In this document: one piece after another, positions 29,242 through 39,173 of the stretch
How positions within the stretch are numbered: position 1 is the first letter of the stretch
Layout: every line of letters starts with the position of its first letter
Assembly: GCA_964389675.1 (NCBI GenBank)
Contig: CAYMEV010000011.1
Location: 62,001 to 122,509 of the forward strand
Reading direction: 5' to 3'
From: an uncultured Candidatus Sumerlaeota bacterium
GTDB lineage: Bacteria > CAYMEV01
Length of the DNA: 60,509 bases
Program-made: the position numbers and the translations under genes
The notes under the pieces: model-generated
Databases searched by the model: none
What the model was told of the DNA's origin: nothing
The model's input: the letters and a program-made list of their open reading frames with translations, nothing else

Positions 29242-30453
29242 TCAGTATTCATATTCAGCTCTATCAGCTCTATTATATGAAATTATCCATTCATACCCCC
29301 AGTACCCTTTTTTAGTACGTATATTCACTGAATCTCCGTTATCATAATCCTCATAATCGCTGGAGGAAACACTCAATTTTATGTGTTTTTCAGGATTATT
29401 CCAGTTATTGACAGTAATATGGTATGACTTGGAGTTCTTGTTAGTCGTTATATACTTATCCTGTACGACAGCATTATAGTAATGTACATCAGACTGGTCC
29501 ATGTAGCCGTTTGTAAAGACAAGAAATCCCATTGTACCTAAAATAAAGCCCGGAATTGTGATGGCCAGCAGGACAATTGCAATAGTATGCGAGTCAGATC
29601 TTCCCTTTATTAGGGGAATAATAAATATCCAGAAGAGTAAAATCAGAGGGAGGGAATACTTAAAGGAATCAAGGAAAAGAGAGCCATCCACAAGTTTATA
29701 ATTTATCAGCCCGTATATAAGCATAAATAATCCTGCCGCATCAATGGCAATAGCTGATGCATATAGCATCACCACCGTTTTTTTCCGGGATTTTTCCAGG
29801 CCGGGCATTTCAAAGCCTGCAGACCCGGAAGGCATATCTTCCGTAAGTGCATGGAGCAGGCCTGCGCACCGCTCCAGCTGAGCCCTGTCGAGTTTGTCAA
29901 TCCTGGTTCTGGCCAGTGGAATATTTATGCTGATCTCCCCCTTTTTCATCTCTATTGAACTTACCTTCAGGCCCTCATTATCCAGTATGTCATCTATCTG
30001 TTCCCGCTTCTTTCTGTCACTGAGGAATAAACGGGCAAATTCATCGCTTCCTGTGTTGATGAAGTATTTATCGTCAAAGCTCTTGTCACCTGTCTGAAGC
30101 TCTTTAGTAAGCCCGATTCTCTTTGCAAATGATTCAAAGGAAGACTCTTTCTTTATAATGACCTTTTTATCAAACGGTATGGGGTAAAAGACTTTCAGAT
30201 ATGGCGGCTGGTTCTTTGCCCCCTGAAAATAAAGTATCCTGAGTTTATGCCCATTATGGTCACCATCATAGATATTCTGCAAACCCTTTCTTCTAACTGC
30301 GTTAAATGGCTGCAGAAGGTCATCAATAATGAATTTTTTGGTACTCCTGGATTTTCTTACCGCAAAGATCACGATCAGGATGGTCACAATCACGGATAAA
30401 AAGATAATGGCCATGGCAATGAGAAATGCTGACTGACTTTCCATAACACACAC
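29242..30453 (-). CDS. Hypothetical membrane protein
   Basis: N-terminal TM, soluble domain (TGDKSFDDKYFI), 3 TMs and a C-terminal OB-like beta domain. Confidence 0.6.
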   Translation of the reverse strand: MCVMESQSAFLIAMAIIFLSVIVTILIVIFAVRKSRSTKKFIIDDLLQPFNAVRRKGLQNIYDGDHNGHKLRILYFQGAKNQPPYLKVFYPIPFDKKVIIKKESSFESFAKRIGLTKELQTGDKSFDDKYFINTGSDEFARLFLSDRKKREQIDDILDNEGLKVSSIEMKKGEISINIPLARTRIDKLDRAQLERCAGLLHALTEDMPSGSAGFEMPGLEKSRKKTVVMLYASAIAIDAAGLFMLIYGLINYKLVDGSLFLDSFKYSLPLILLFWIFIIPLIKGRSDSHTIAIVLLAITIPGFILGTMGFLVFTNGYMDQSDVHYYNAVVQDKYITTNKNSKSYHITVNNWNNPEKHIKLSVSSSDYEDYDNGDSVNIRTKKGYWGYEWIISYNRADRAEYEY

Positions 30454-30482
30454 CTTTACATATATATATTATTTATATAGAT

Positions 30483-31892
30483 TTATTTACTATTATTAAA
30501 TATATAATTATTAATAACTTGTAATATTTTTTCTAATTGAATGCCCCTTGAACCTTTAATCAGTATTTTATCATGATCTTTCAGCTTTGAAATAATAGTA
30601 TCAATACTGTCTTCTTTTCTGAGAAAGCTGTACAGATTCTCATTCCTTACCCGTGATTTAATACTGTAGAACTCACTGCCTATGGTAATGACTGTTTCAA
30701 TCCTCTTGCCGAAAGCGTATCTTACTGATTCCAGATGATACCTTCTGCTTTCTTCGCCAAGCTCAAGCATATCACCTAATATCACCATCTGTTTTTTTCC
30801 CCCCATCACCTTTGAAAATGCATCCAGGGTACATTTAAGTGCATATGGGGAAGAGTTATAGCAGTCTTCATAGATGATATACCCATTGCTTTTATAAAGC
30901 CTGCTTCTCATATCCGTGCCGCTGAATGAGCTTAATCCCTTATAGATGTCAAATGGGGATATCTGAAGGCAATCACAGAGGCATGCTGCAGAGACAGCAT
31001 TTATCAGATTGTGTTCACCCGGCAGCTTCAGCCTGACATCAATAACAGGCAGCCCTGATGGGAGAAGCATAGAAAATTCATGCAGTCCCATACTGTCAAC
31101 TGCATATCTTGCGGGCTTCAGGCTGTATTTATCATTCAGGCTGTATCTGATTGTTTTTCCTTTCCATTTTTCCATAATACCTTCATACAGGATCCTGTCG
31201 TCATTAAAGAATATTATCAGCCCTTCGGGGTCCATATATTCAATAAATTCAAGCTTTGCGTCCCTTATTTCAGACAGACTGCTGAAGAACTCCCTGTGCA
31301 CATCCTTAATATTGAGTACCAATGCAGTATCGGGCTCAATTATCCTGGAAAGCCTGGAGATCTCTCCCTTAAAGCTCATGCCAACTTCAAATATCATTAT
31401 CTCCGGATCATCTTCCATGGAAAGGATTGAAAGAGGTACTCCTATCTGGCTGTTGTAGTTTTTTGGGGTGATGAAGGAGGAAATGCCTGAGCTTGAAAGA
31501 ATGCTTCCAGTCATTTCCTTAACTGTTGTTTTGCCGACACTTCCAGTTATGATAGCCCTTCTTGCCTTCCTGAACCGTTTCATAAAAAGCCTGGCAAGAT
31601 GCTGGACAGCATTTACGGTATCATCCACAAAAAGATAGGATATATCATCCCTTATTCCGGGAAGCCTGCCTGATTCAGAGCATATTATCAGTTTTGCACC
31701 CCTGCTGACAGCTTCCGGAATGAAATCATGACCATCAAAGGTATCCCCTCTTATGGCAAGAAATATATCATTTTCCCTTATCAGCCTTGAATCCGGGCTG
31801 ATCCCCCTTAATGGAGCACTCTTGAGCCTCTTTTCCAGGACAGGAAGGCTGTCAAGATCATCATATAGATCAAAGTGTATATCCGTTCTCAT
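30483..31892 (-). CDS. murF: UDP-MurNAc-tripeptide--D-Ala-D-Ala ligase
   Basis: DSR..G..FDGHDF, TGSVGKTT, NYNSQIGVPL, EVGM...GEI, DCYNSSP, LGDMLELG and KGSRG. Confidence 0.93.
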   Translation of the reverse strand: MRTDIHFDLYDDLDSLPVLEKRLKSAPLRGISPDSRLIRENDIFLAIRGDTFDGHDFIPEAVSRGAKLIICSESGRLPGIRDDISYLFVDDTVNAVQHLARLFMKRFRKARRAIITGSVGKTTVKEMTGSILSSSGISSFITPKNYNSQIGVPLSILSMEDDPEIMIFEVGMSFKGEISRLSRIIEPDTALVLNIKDVHREFFSSLSEIRDAKLEFIEYMDPEGLIIFFNDDRILYEGIMEKWKGKTIRYSLNDKYSLKPARYAVDSMGLHEFSMLLPSGLPVIDVRLKLPGEHNLINAVSAACLCDCLQISPFDIYKGLSSFSGTDMRSRLYKSNGYIIYEDCYNSSPYALKCTLDAFSKVMGGKKQMVILGDMLELGEESRRYHLESVRYAFGKRIETVITIGSEFYSIKSRVRNENLYSFLRKEDSIDTIISKLKDHDKILIKGSRGIQLEKILQVINNYIFNNSK

Positions 31893-31907
31893 AGTATTAC
31901 TGGTTTA

Positions 31908-33062
31908 TCACCTCAGCTTTATGAACAGGAGTGAGACAGCGCTGAAAAGTCCTGCAAGTATCCACAGCCTTATTACAAGCTTTGATTCTGAATATCCCTT
32001 AAATCGGAAATGATCGTGCAGAGGGGCCCTGTAAAGGATTCTCTGGCCGAGATTCAGCCCTCCATTGTTAACCCCTCCTATCTGGTCCTGAATAAAGGAG
32101 GAGAACATTTCCAGGAAGAATAAAAAACCTGCAAAGAACAATAACAGCTCCTGTTTCAGCAGTACAGCGGTAGTAACTATAATACCCCCTATGGCAAGCG
32201 ATCCGCTGTCTCCCATAAATATCTGGGCAGGATAGCTGTTATACCACAAAAAACCTATAACAGACCCGAAAAAGGCTGCAATGAATATGCTGATCTCACT
32301 GGCACCTTCGATCCAGTAAAAGTTCAGATAATCAGACCAGTGCAGATTACCCAGTATATAGGCATATATCGCATAGACCCCGAATGTAAATATACTGCTT
32401 CCTGCCAGAAGGCCGTCAAGGCCGTCTGTAAGGTTCACTCCATTGGTAAATACCCATACAAAGAAAAGGATCACCACAAAATAAATAAGGAATGGCAGAT
32501 AAATGACAGGGTCTTTCATAAAAGGCACAAAAAATGCGCCTTCAAGGCCGGAGCCTTCCGAATACGGCGAGATCTGTTCAAAACAGACAAAAACAGCCAG
32601 CATCAGGCTGAATATGCCCTGCAGGAGCAGTTTGGTAATACGTAATATGCCCTTGTCAGCATCCTTATAGATCCTGATCTTGCTGTAATCATCCAGCAAT
32701 CCCATGGTGCTGAACCAGACCAGTGAGAACAGGAGGATATGTATGAAACGGTTGCTGAGGTCTGCGCATATAACGGATGCAAAAAGGGTCGAAAGGATGA
32801 ATATGATCCCGCCCATCTGTACTGTGCCCTTTTTCCCCTTCTCATCAATGACTGAATGAGCCTTCAGGCTCTCACTGCTGTGGTATTTTCTTGAATAATC
32901 GACAAAACCCATCTTAAACAGCAGTATTATCAGCCTTTTGCCCAAAAAGATAGCTATCAGAAATCCAATTATAGCAGCCAGTATTGCCCTGAAATTTACA
33001 TATCCGAATAACCTTAAAGTTGAAAAATAAGGGAAAAAATACTTGTATATCAGGTAAAGCAT
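31908..33062 (-). CDS. mraY: Phospho-N-acetylmuramoyl-pentapeptide transferase
   Basis: GLLDDY, NGVNLTDGLDGL, NSYPAQIFMGDSGSLAIG and APLHDHF. Confidence 0.93.
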   Translation of the reverse strand: MLYLIYKYFFPYFSTLRLFGYVNFRAILAAIIGFLIAIFLGKRLIILLFKMGFVDYSRKYHSSESLKAHSVIDEKGKKGTVQMGGIIFILSTLFASVICADLSNRFIHILLFSLVWFSTMGLLDDYSKIRIYKDADKGILRITKLLLQGIFSLMLAVFVCFEQISPYSEGSGLEGAFFVPFMKDPVIYLPFLIYFVVILFFVWVFTNGVNLTDGLDGLLAGSSIFTFGVYAIYAYILGNLHWSDYLNFYWIEGASEISIFIAAFFGSVIGFLWYNSYPAQIFMGDSGSLAIGGIIVTTAVLLKQELLLFFAGFLFFLEMFSSFIQDQIGGVNNGGLNLGQRILYRAPLHDHFRFKGYSESKLVIRLWILAGLFSAVSLLFIKLR

Positions 33063-36000
33063 CAGCTCTTCTCCACCATTTTTAATAGCTTATTATAGTT
33101 CTCTTTTATCCTGAACAGCGATTCATGGTCATTACTTGTCAGCGGTATTGAGTCAAGTTTTTCACTTACCCTGGCTATGCTTTCGGCTGTGCTGTTTCGC
33201 TGAAGGTATGAGATTATCCCTTTGATCGCAGAATTTCTCAATTTCCAGTCAAAGGCATCAACTTCTGAAAGGAGCAGTTCAAGGTCGGCAATATTATTGC
33301 TTGTACAGCCAAGAGTAAAAAGAGCTTCATATTTGACCATGAAATACCTGTCTCTGGCAAGCAGCCTTATATGCTTTACAATATCATCATTTACATGCTC
33401 AGCAAAGCCTCTTAATGCAATCAAAGCATAGGCTCTCACCTCAAAATGCCTGTCTGTAAGGCCTGATATAAGAATCTTCTCTACGCTATTATTATATAAC
33501 CCGATCTTATTCAGGGCTTCTATCGCATTTCTACGTATAATTGCATTATATTCATAATCTCCTGTCAGAAAACTGAAAAATATATTTCGTTTCCCGGCCT
33601 TTCTGGTTAATACAGAAGCAAGAAAACCTGTCTCATCATCCTTTCTCATATTCCCGATCAGCTTTACAGCGCAGTTTTTCAGCCACCATGAACGTCCATA
33701 CCTGAATGAATTAAGCCTTAGAATAAGGTATTCTCTATCGAATTTCATAAGCTTTTCATAGGGAAGCTGGGCAAATTTCAGTGCAGGCCCGCTTTCTGGA
33801 TCTTCTTTCCGCATCTGAGCGCCGGTTTTATCCTTTCCAGCCTTTTTCAGAGGCCCCTTAATATTAAGTATCCGGCTGAATACACAAAAACCTGTTGCAG
33901 AAACTGCAAGGGGAATGAACAGTGCCCATCCGCTGTCTGCCCTGTTGAACCTGAAACACAGGATCCCGAATATAAAAAGGCTGAATATTATAATAAGCTT
34001 CGTAGATTCTTCAATCCTGCCATAATTATCAAAAACAGAAGCAGGAGCTGCTTTTCCATCTTTCTTCGGCCAGCCTGTTAAAAGGGAAAGGAGAATGAAA
34101 ACAAGTGCATACAATGAAAACAGGACTGATATGCCTATTGCATTTATATCAAAAAGCGCCTTTAATGCAAGGTCAGATAATAAAATCCCGCTGAATATAA
34201 TAATATAGGACCTTCTTGCAGCAAGCTTCTGCATCCTGATAAGGACATATACTATGGGAATCAGGGTCAGCAGAGGGCTAAGCATAATAAAAAACGGGAA
34301 TATGATGCTTATATTCCTGTTTGATATAAAACCAGAAAGCAAAAATTGCAGTTCCCTCGAAAGCAGAAGAAGGACGATTATTACAGGCAGGGTATAAAAC
34401 AATATTCCCCTGATAAAGCTGTCTATAATGAATATATCATTACCTGTTTCTATTCTGCGGGCAAACTTGCCCCTTACCATTTTTACTATCAGGTTAATGA
34501 ATGGAATTAAGAAAAGCAGCGAGACTGCAAGGTATTTATAAGAAACAGGGTCTTTTTCATTTACATAAAATAATGCGCTGAAGAAGAACAGAGTAAGCAA
34601 AGATGCCTCGCAGAAACAGACCAGATCATTTACCGGGCTGCATCCGGCCTGTCTCTTCATGCCCTTTGCCAGGAAAATAATGAGCAGGACCGCATCCGAG
34701 ACCAGAAAATATATGCTTACCCATATATAAAAATACGAAATGCTCAGACTGCCGTAGAAGAAAACTGATAAGGCGGAAAGATATGCCAGAAACAATACGG
34801 CCTCAAACTCATTTTCTGATTTGTTTATCAGCTTTCTCAGCATATTATCTACTGATATCAGCACCAGTAATGGTATATACAGCACAGATATATTATCATC
34901 AATATTATAAAGAAGCAGATAGCATGCTGTCATTGCAATTATGGCGGAAACAGCATATGATAAATTAGAGACATATATTTTAAGGCCTTCTCTGCAGAAA
35001 TTATCCTTCCTTAAAAGGTAAAGGAAAAAATACATGAGGAAGATAATTGCTGATTCAATACCTGTAAAATCAACTCTCCTGGAGTAATATAGAAAGGCCA
35101 TCGCTATTACTCCAAGTACAATAAGCATACGGACCATAATTGACAGGCTGGTGCGAATATGCCTTAAATGCTTTTCTTTTCTTTCTTTAAGCTCTTCTTC
35201 AATAAACCCTGCTGAAAGCGCTTCGGTATCTGCAGGTTTATAATCCAGAAGATTCTGCTGTATTTTCAGGAAGGATTCATCTTCCCCTAAAAAAGCCTCA
35301 AAAAGCTCTAAAAACCTTTTTTTGCTTATTATTATCTCTGATCTATCACCTTCTGTCTTTTCCCTGTATTCATAAAGTATCATCCCCAGCCCGCTTTTAT
35401 ATATCTCCCTGCAGTTCTTCAGCTGATGCTCACCTGCTATTTCAATTTTTGGAATAAATATGGCGGGTATGCCTGCATCCAGGACCTCGAAAGCAGAACC
35501 TGCACCTCCCCTTACTACTGCAAGGTCGCATATACTAAGGAAATCGGTCATATTGTACAGAAACCTGTGAGGCTTATAGAAATCGGAGATATCCTCAGGT
35601 AAAAAGCCGGATTGCTTTATGACCGAGAGGGTATATTCATATGCATCATATTCATCATCACTGTACAGGCCTGTAGAATGGATGATGCATATTTTCCCCC
35701 TGTATTTCGAAAGCTCCCCTATGGATTCTGCGATCAGCTTATTGATATTCTTTGCACCCTGGCTTCCCCCTGAGACAAGAATGATCTTTCTGTCCTCAGG
35801 TATGCCGAGTTTTTCACGCAGCATTGCCTTTTTATCCTCTTTCATCCCCCTGATGTCCTTTATTTCGTGCCTGACCGGATATCCTGTATATACAGCCTTT
35901 TCGCCGTATAACCTTCTGGTATCATCAAAAGCTGTAAATATCCTGTCGCTAAGGAGGCCGAAAGTGCTGTTTGCCAGACCCGGATCAACATTGGGCTCCA

Positions 36001-36409
36001 CAGAAAGTATCAGGGGAGGCATTTTGAAGACAATTCTGCAGAAAATACGGTATATTGCTGATGAAACAAGAACAGGTACAGATACAAAACCGCCTGATGA
36101 TATGACTATATCCGGCCTGTAGATAAAAAGGTAGAAGATGCTGAGAATAATGCCGAAAAGCATTTCCCTCAGGAAGCTGAACCACTGAAAGGGATCCTTG
36201 CTCCGCGGAAACTGATGTGCCCTGACAGGCAGAAATCTGTAGTCAGAATATTCTTTCCTGTTTATGATCTTATATTCAGGCCTGCTCTTCAGCCCCAGAT
36301 AAAATATCCTGTCAATTTCTATGCTCTTTCTTAGATATCCGGCAAAGGCAAGATTGGGATAGACATGTCCGCCTGTGCCGCCCCCTGCGAGAAAAAGCCT
36401 GTAGCCCAA
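33062..36409 (-). CDS. murG: MurG (GT28) fused to a polytopic membrane domain and C-terminal HEAT repeats
   Basis: AGGGTGGHVYP, SGGFVSVP, EPNVDPGLAN, TGYPVR, GGSQGA, RGGAGS and EHQLKN within ~400 aa. Then ~14 hydrophobic segments and HEAT-like repeats (IRRNAIEAL, D.HFEVRAYAL, D.YFMVKYEAL). TTG start with GGAG RBS. Confidence 0.85.
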   Translation of the reverse strand: MGYRLFLAGGGTGGHVYPNLAFAGYLRKSIEIDRIFYLGLKSRPEYKIINRKEYSDYRFLPVRAHQFPRSKDPFQWFSFLREMLFGIILSIFYLFIYRPDIVISSGGFVSVPVLVSSAIYRIFCRIVFKMPPLILSVEPNVDPGLANSTFGLLSDRIFTAFDDTRRLYGEKAVYTGYPVRHEIKDIRGMKEDKKAMLREKLGIPEDRKIILVSGGSQGAKNINKLIAESIGELSKYRGKICIIHSTGLYSDDEYDAYEYTLSVIKQSGFLPEDISDFYKPHRFLYNMTDFLSICDLAVVRGGAGSAFEVLDAGIPAIFIPKIEIAGEHQLKNCREIYKSGLGMILYEYREKTEGDRSEIIISKKRFLELFEAFLGEDESFLKIQQNLLDYKPADTEALSAGFIEEELKERKEKHLRHIRTSLSIMVRMLIVLGVIAMAFLYYSRRVDFTGIESAIIFLMYFFLYLLRKDNFCREGLKIYVSNLSYAVSAIIAMTACYLLLYNIDDNISVLYIPLLVLISVDNMLRKLINKSENEFEAVLFLAYLSALSVFFYGSLSISYFYIWVSIYFLVSDAVLLIIFLAKGMKRQAGCSPVNDLVCFCEASLLTLFFFSALFYVNEKDPVSYKYLAVSLLFLIPFINLIVKMVRGKFARRIETGNDIFIIDSFIRGILFYTLPVIIVLLLLSRELQFLLSGFISNRNISIIFPFFIMLSPLLTLIPIVYVLIRMQKLAARRSYIIIFSGILLSDLALKALFDINAIGISVLFSLYALVFILLSLLTGWPKKDGKAAPASVFDNYGRIEESTKLIIIFSLFIFGILCFRFNRADSGWALFIPLAVSATGFCVFSRILNIKGPLKKAGKDKTGAQMRKEDPESGPALKFAQLPYEKLMKFDREYLILRLNSFRYGRSWWLKNCAVKLIGNMRKDDETGFLASVLTRKAGKRNIFFSFLTGDYEYNAIIRRNAIEALNKIGLYNNSVEKILISGLTDRHFEVRAYALIALRGFAEHVNDDIVKHIRLLARDRYFMVKYEALFTLGCTSNNIADLELLLSEVDAFDWKLRNSAIKGIISYLQRNSTAESIARVSEKLDSIPLTSNDHESLFRIKENYNKLLKMVEKS

Positions 36410-36422
36410 GTCCTATCTCCTG

Positions 36423-37832
36423 TTATATATTAAAATCAAATTCTTCCAGCAGGTCAGGGATAATTATCCTGTCCTTATCCCTGATATCAAACCTGTCTTC
36501 GATCTTTGCCTTGAATTCTGTAAGTGAATCAATTTCACCATGCACCAGTATTACTTTTGGAGGGATCCTGTCAAAATCTGCAAGCCAGTCAAGCATATCG
36601 TTGTAGTCTCCATGCGAAGATAGCCCTGTCATCTGCCTTACTTTCAGCTTTACAGGAAAATAGCTTCCATGTATTTTTATCTTTTTGATTCCGTTAAGTA
36701 TTGCATCCCCTCTGGTACCCGGACTCTGAAAACCGCTGAGCAGCATCATATTGTCAGGGTTTGGAAGCCTGTATTTCAGGTGGTGCAGTATTCTTCCCCC
36801 TGAAAGCATGCCGCTTGCTGAAATAAGTATCATAGGCCCTGCTTTCTCATTGATCTTTTTGCTTTCATTGGGAGTGGTTGTAAATATTGTCCTTTCCGGG
36901 TAAAGCCTGTTGAATTTACGGAAATAACTGCTCAGCTCCAGCTTCTTCTTATTATATATATGTGTTGCCTTTATTGCAAGAGGACTGTCGACATAGAGCG
37001 ATACCGCAGGAGGAAGCTTTCCTTCAGTTTCCATCTGGTAGAGGTAAAAGAGTATGTTCTGTGTCCTTTCCACTGCAAATGCAGGTATTATAAGGGTTGA
37101 TTCCTTTTTGAGTATATATTTTATGCAGTCATCCAGGACTTCGGTTATATCCTCTTCCTCATGGAGCCTGTTGCCGTATGTGCCTTCCATTATCAGAATA
37201 TCCACATCCTTCTTTATAGCTGGATCAGGCGATATATCATCATCCCTGGAATTTCCGAAATCACCGGTAAAAAGCATCTTGAATGGCTTATTATCCCTTA
37301 AGACCTTGAATTCAATAAAGGCGGACCCGAATATATGCCCTGCATTTGAAAATTTAAACTCGAATACATCATTCACTCGAAAAGGTGTTTCATAATCAAT
37401 TCCTCTCAGCAGCTGGCTTGCTGCGATAGCATCCTGTGTATCATACAGCGGCAATGGTTCCAGGTGCTTTGAATACCCCCTTTTTCTTGCAAACTTTGTA
37501 TCCTCTTCCTGTATATGGGCACTGTCGGCAAGAAGAATTTCTGTCAGTTCCTTGGTGGTCCTGGTGCATATTATAGGATTATCATAACCGAAATGTGTCA
37601 TCCTCGGCAAATAACCGCTGTGGTCTATATGCGCATGACTGAGGAAGATATAATCTATAGGCATCCTGGTGATACCGTCTGTACTCCAGTTCATTTCCCT
37701 GAGTTTTTTCTTCCCCTGGAACAGCCCGCAGTCAAATAGAAACCTGATTGATTTCCCTTTGTAATCAGCTACTACATAATGCTTTGACCCGGTTACGGTC
37801 TGCGCTGCACCAAAAAATTTAATCTTTGACAT
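36423..37832 (-). CDS. Metallo-beta-lactamase / beta-CASP ribonuclease
   Basis: FGAAQTVTGS, DCGLFQG, HAHIDH, AGHIFGS, EGTYGNR, AVER, SGMLSGGR, SSHGD and VHGE. Confidence 0.92.
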   Translation of the reverse strand: MSKIKFFGAAQTVTGSKHYVVADYKGKSIRFLFDCGLFQGKKKLREMNWSTDGITRMPIDYIFLSHAHIDHSGYLPRMTHFGYDNPIICTRTTKELTEILLADSAHIQEEDTKFARKRGYSKHLEPLPLYDTQDAIAASQLLRGIDYETPFRVNDVFEFKFSNAGHIFGSAFIEFKVLRDNKPFKMLFTGDFGNSRDDDISPDPAIKKDVDILIMEGTYGNRLHEEEDITEVLDDCIKYILKKESTLIIPAFAVERTQNILFYLYQMETEGKLPPAVSLYVDSPLAIKATHIYNKKKLELSSYFRKFNRLYPERTIFTTTPNESKKINEKAGPMILISASGMLSGGRILHHLKYRLPNPDNMMLLSGFQSPGTRGDAILNGIKKIKIHGSYFPVKLKVRQMTGLSSHGDYNDMLDWLADFDRIPPKVILVHGEIDSLTEFKAKIEDRFDIRDKDRIIIPDLLEEFDFNI

Positions 37833-37916
37833 AATCAGTCCTTCCTTTATATATGTTTTGTTCTATATTTATCTGATATAGTACATTAAAAATAATATTT
37901 GAAAAGGAAAGATTAT

Positions 37917-39152
37917 ATGGATACTGCAAATATTTTTTCCAAAAGAGCATTAAACCTGAAGCCTTCACCCATAAGAGAGCTTTTTAAATACTCTGCTGAC
38001 AAAGAGATAATATCCTTCGGAGGAGGCTATCCTGCACCCTGCACTTTTCCTCTTGAGCAGGTCAGCCTCAGGACGATTTACGGACAGGAGATAAGCATAT
38101 CCAAAAAAGAGATCCTGGCATTTCTTCAATATGGGCCTTCTCAGGGAGATTCGAGCCTTCTTTCATCGATTGCAGGGTGGCAGCTATACAAAAACAATGT
38201 TAAAATGGATAAAAGCAGGTTTCTTATCCTTAACGGTTCACAGGAAGGCATATTTGCTCTGGGGTTCCTCATGATTGATGACGGGGACCTTATCGCAGTC
38301 ACAGAGCCTACATATCCAGGCACGATCTCTGCTTTCAATGCCTTCAGGCCGGAATATCTTTCAATCCCCGTAACTTCTAACGGCATAGACCTTGACTTTT
38401 TTAGAGAAAAAATTGCTGAACTGAAGGGTGCAGGCAGGAAAATGCCAAAATTCATATATATAATCCCCAATGGCCACAACCCCGCAGGGGTAACGATGGA
38501 CCTGAAATGCAGAAAAGCGCTGCTGGAAATATGCAGCAGATTTAATATCTGTATCATTGAGGATGATCCCTATGAGCTTGTAAGATTTCATGATAATCCT
38601 GTCCCTACCCTCCAGTCGCTTGACACAAATGAGCTTGTCATCCGTCTGGACAGCTTCTCCAAGATCCTGATACCCGGACTAAGGATAGGCTATGTTTCAG
38701 GGCCGGTACCTGTGATAAAAATGATAGAATTATTCAAGCAGGCTTCAAACCTGCATACATCATCATTTGCCCAGGGGCTCTTATGCGCTTACCTCAAAAG
38801 CACAGGATTTGATGGATTTTCAGGACATATAAAAAAGGTTGCCGGATATTACAGCCAGAAAATGGAATATACAGCCACGCTCCTTGATGAACATATCAGT
38901 CCCTATGCAGATTATGAAAGGCCTGATTCCGGGCTTTTTATCTGGCTTACGCTAAAGGAAAAAATAAATGCAGGAAGGCTTCTTTTTGACAATATAAGCC
39001 GGCATAAGGTCATAGCCGTTCCCGGAAGCAGTTTCTCAACATCTGGAGGGCTTCATAATTCATTGCGCCTGTCATTCGGCACTCTTGACAATGAAGATAT
39101 TAAAAATGGCATATTGAGGCTTAAAACCCTTCTTGATACATACTCTCAATAA
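37917..39152 (+). CDS. PLP-dependent class I aminotransferase (LysN/2-aminoadipate transaminase-like)
   Basis: SPIRELF, ISFGGGYP, QYGPSQG, HNPAG, EDDPY and SFSKILIPGLRIG. ATG 37917 follows an AAGGA RBS. Confidence 0.9.
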   Translation: MDTANIFSKRALNLKPSPIRELFKYSADKEIISFGGGYPAPCTFPLEQVSLRTIYGQEISISKKEILAFLQYGPSQGDSSLLSSIAGWQLYKNNVKMDKSRFLILNGSQEGIFALGFLMIDDGDLIAVTEPTYPGTISAFNAFRPEYLSIPVTSNGIDLDFFREKIAELKGAGRKMPKFIYIIPNGHNPAGVTMDLKCRKALLEICSRFNICIIEDDPYELVRFHDNPVPTLQSLDTNELVIRLDSFSKILIPGLRIGYVSGPVPVIKMIELFKQASNLHTSSFAQGLLCAYLKSTGFDGFSGHIKKVAGYYSQKMEYTATLLDEHISPYADYERPDSGLFIWLTLKEKINAGRLLFDNISRHKVIAVPGSSFSTSGGLHNSLRLSFGTLDNEDIKNGILRLKTLLDTYSQ

Positions 39153-39173
39153 TTACTGCAATAAATACTGCCA

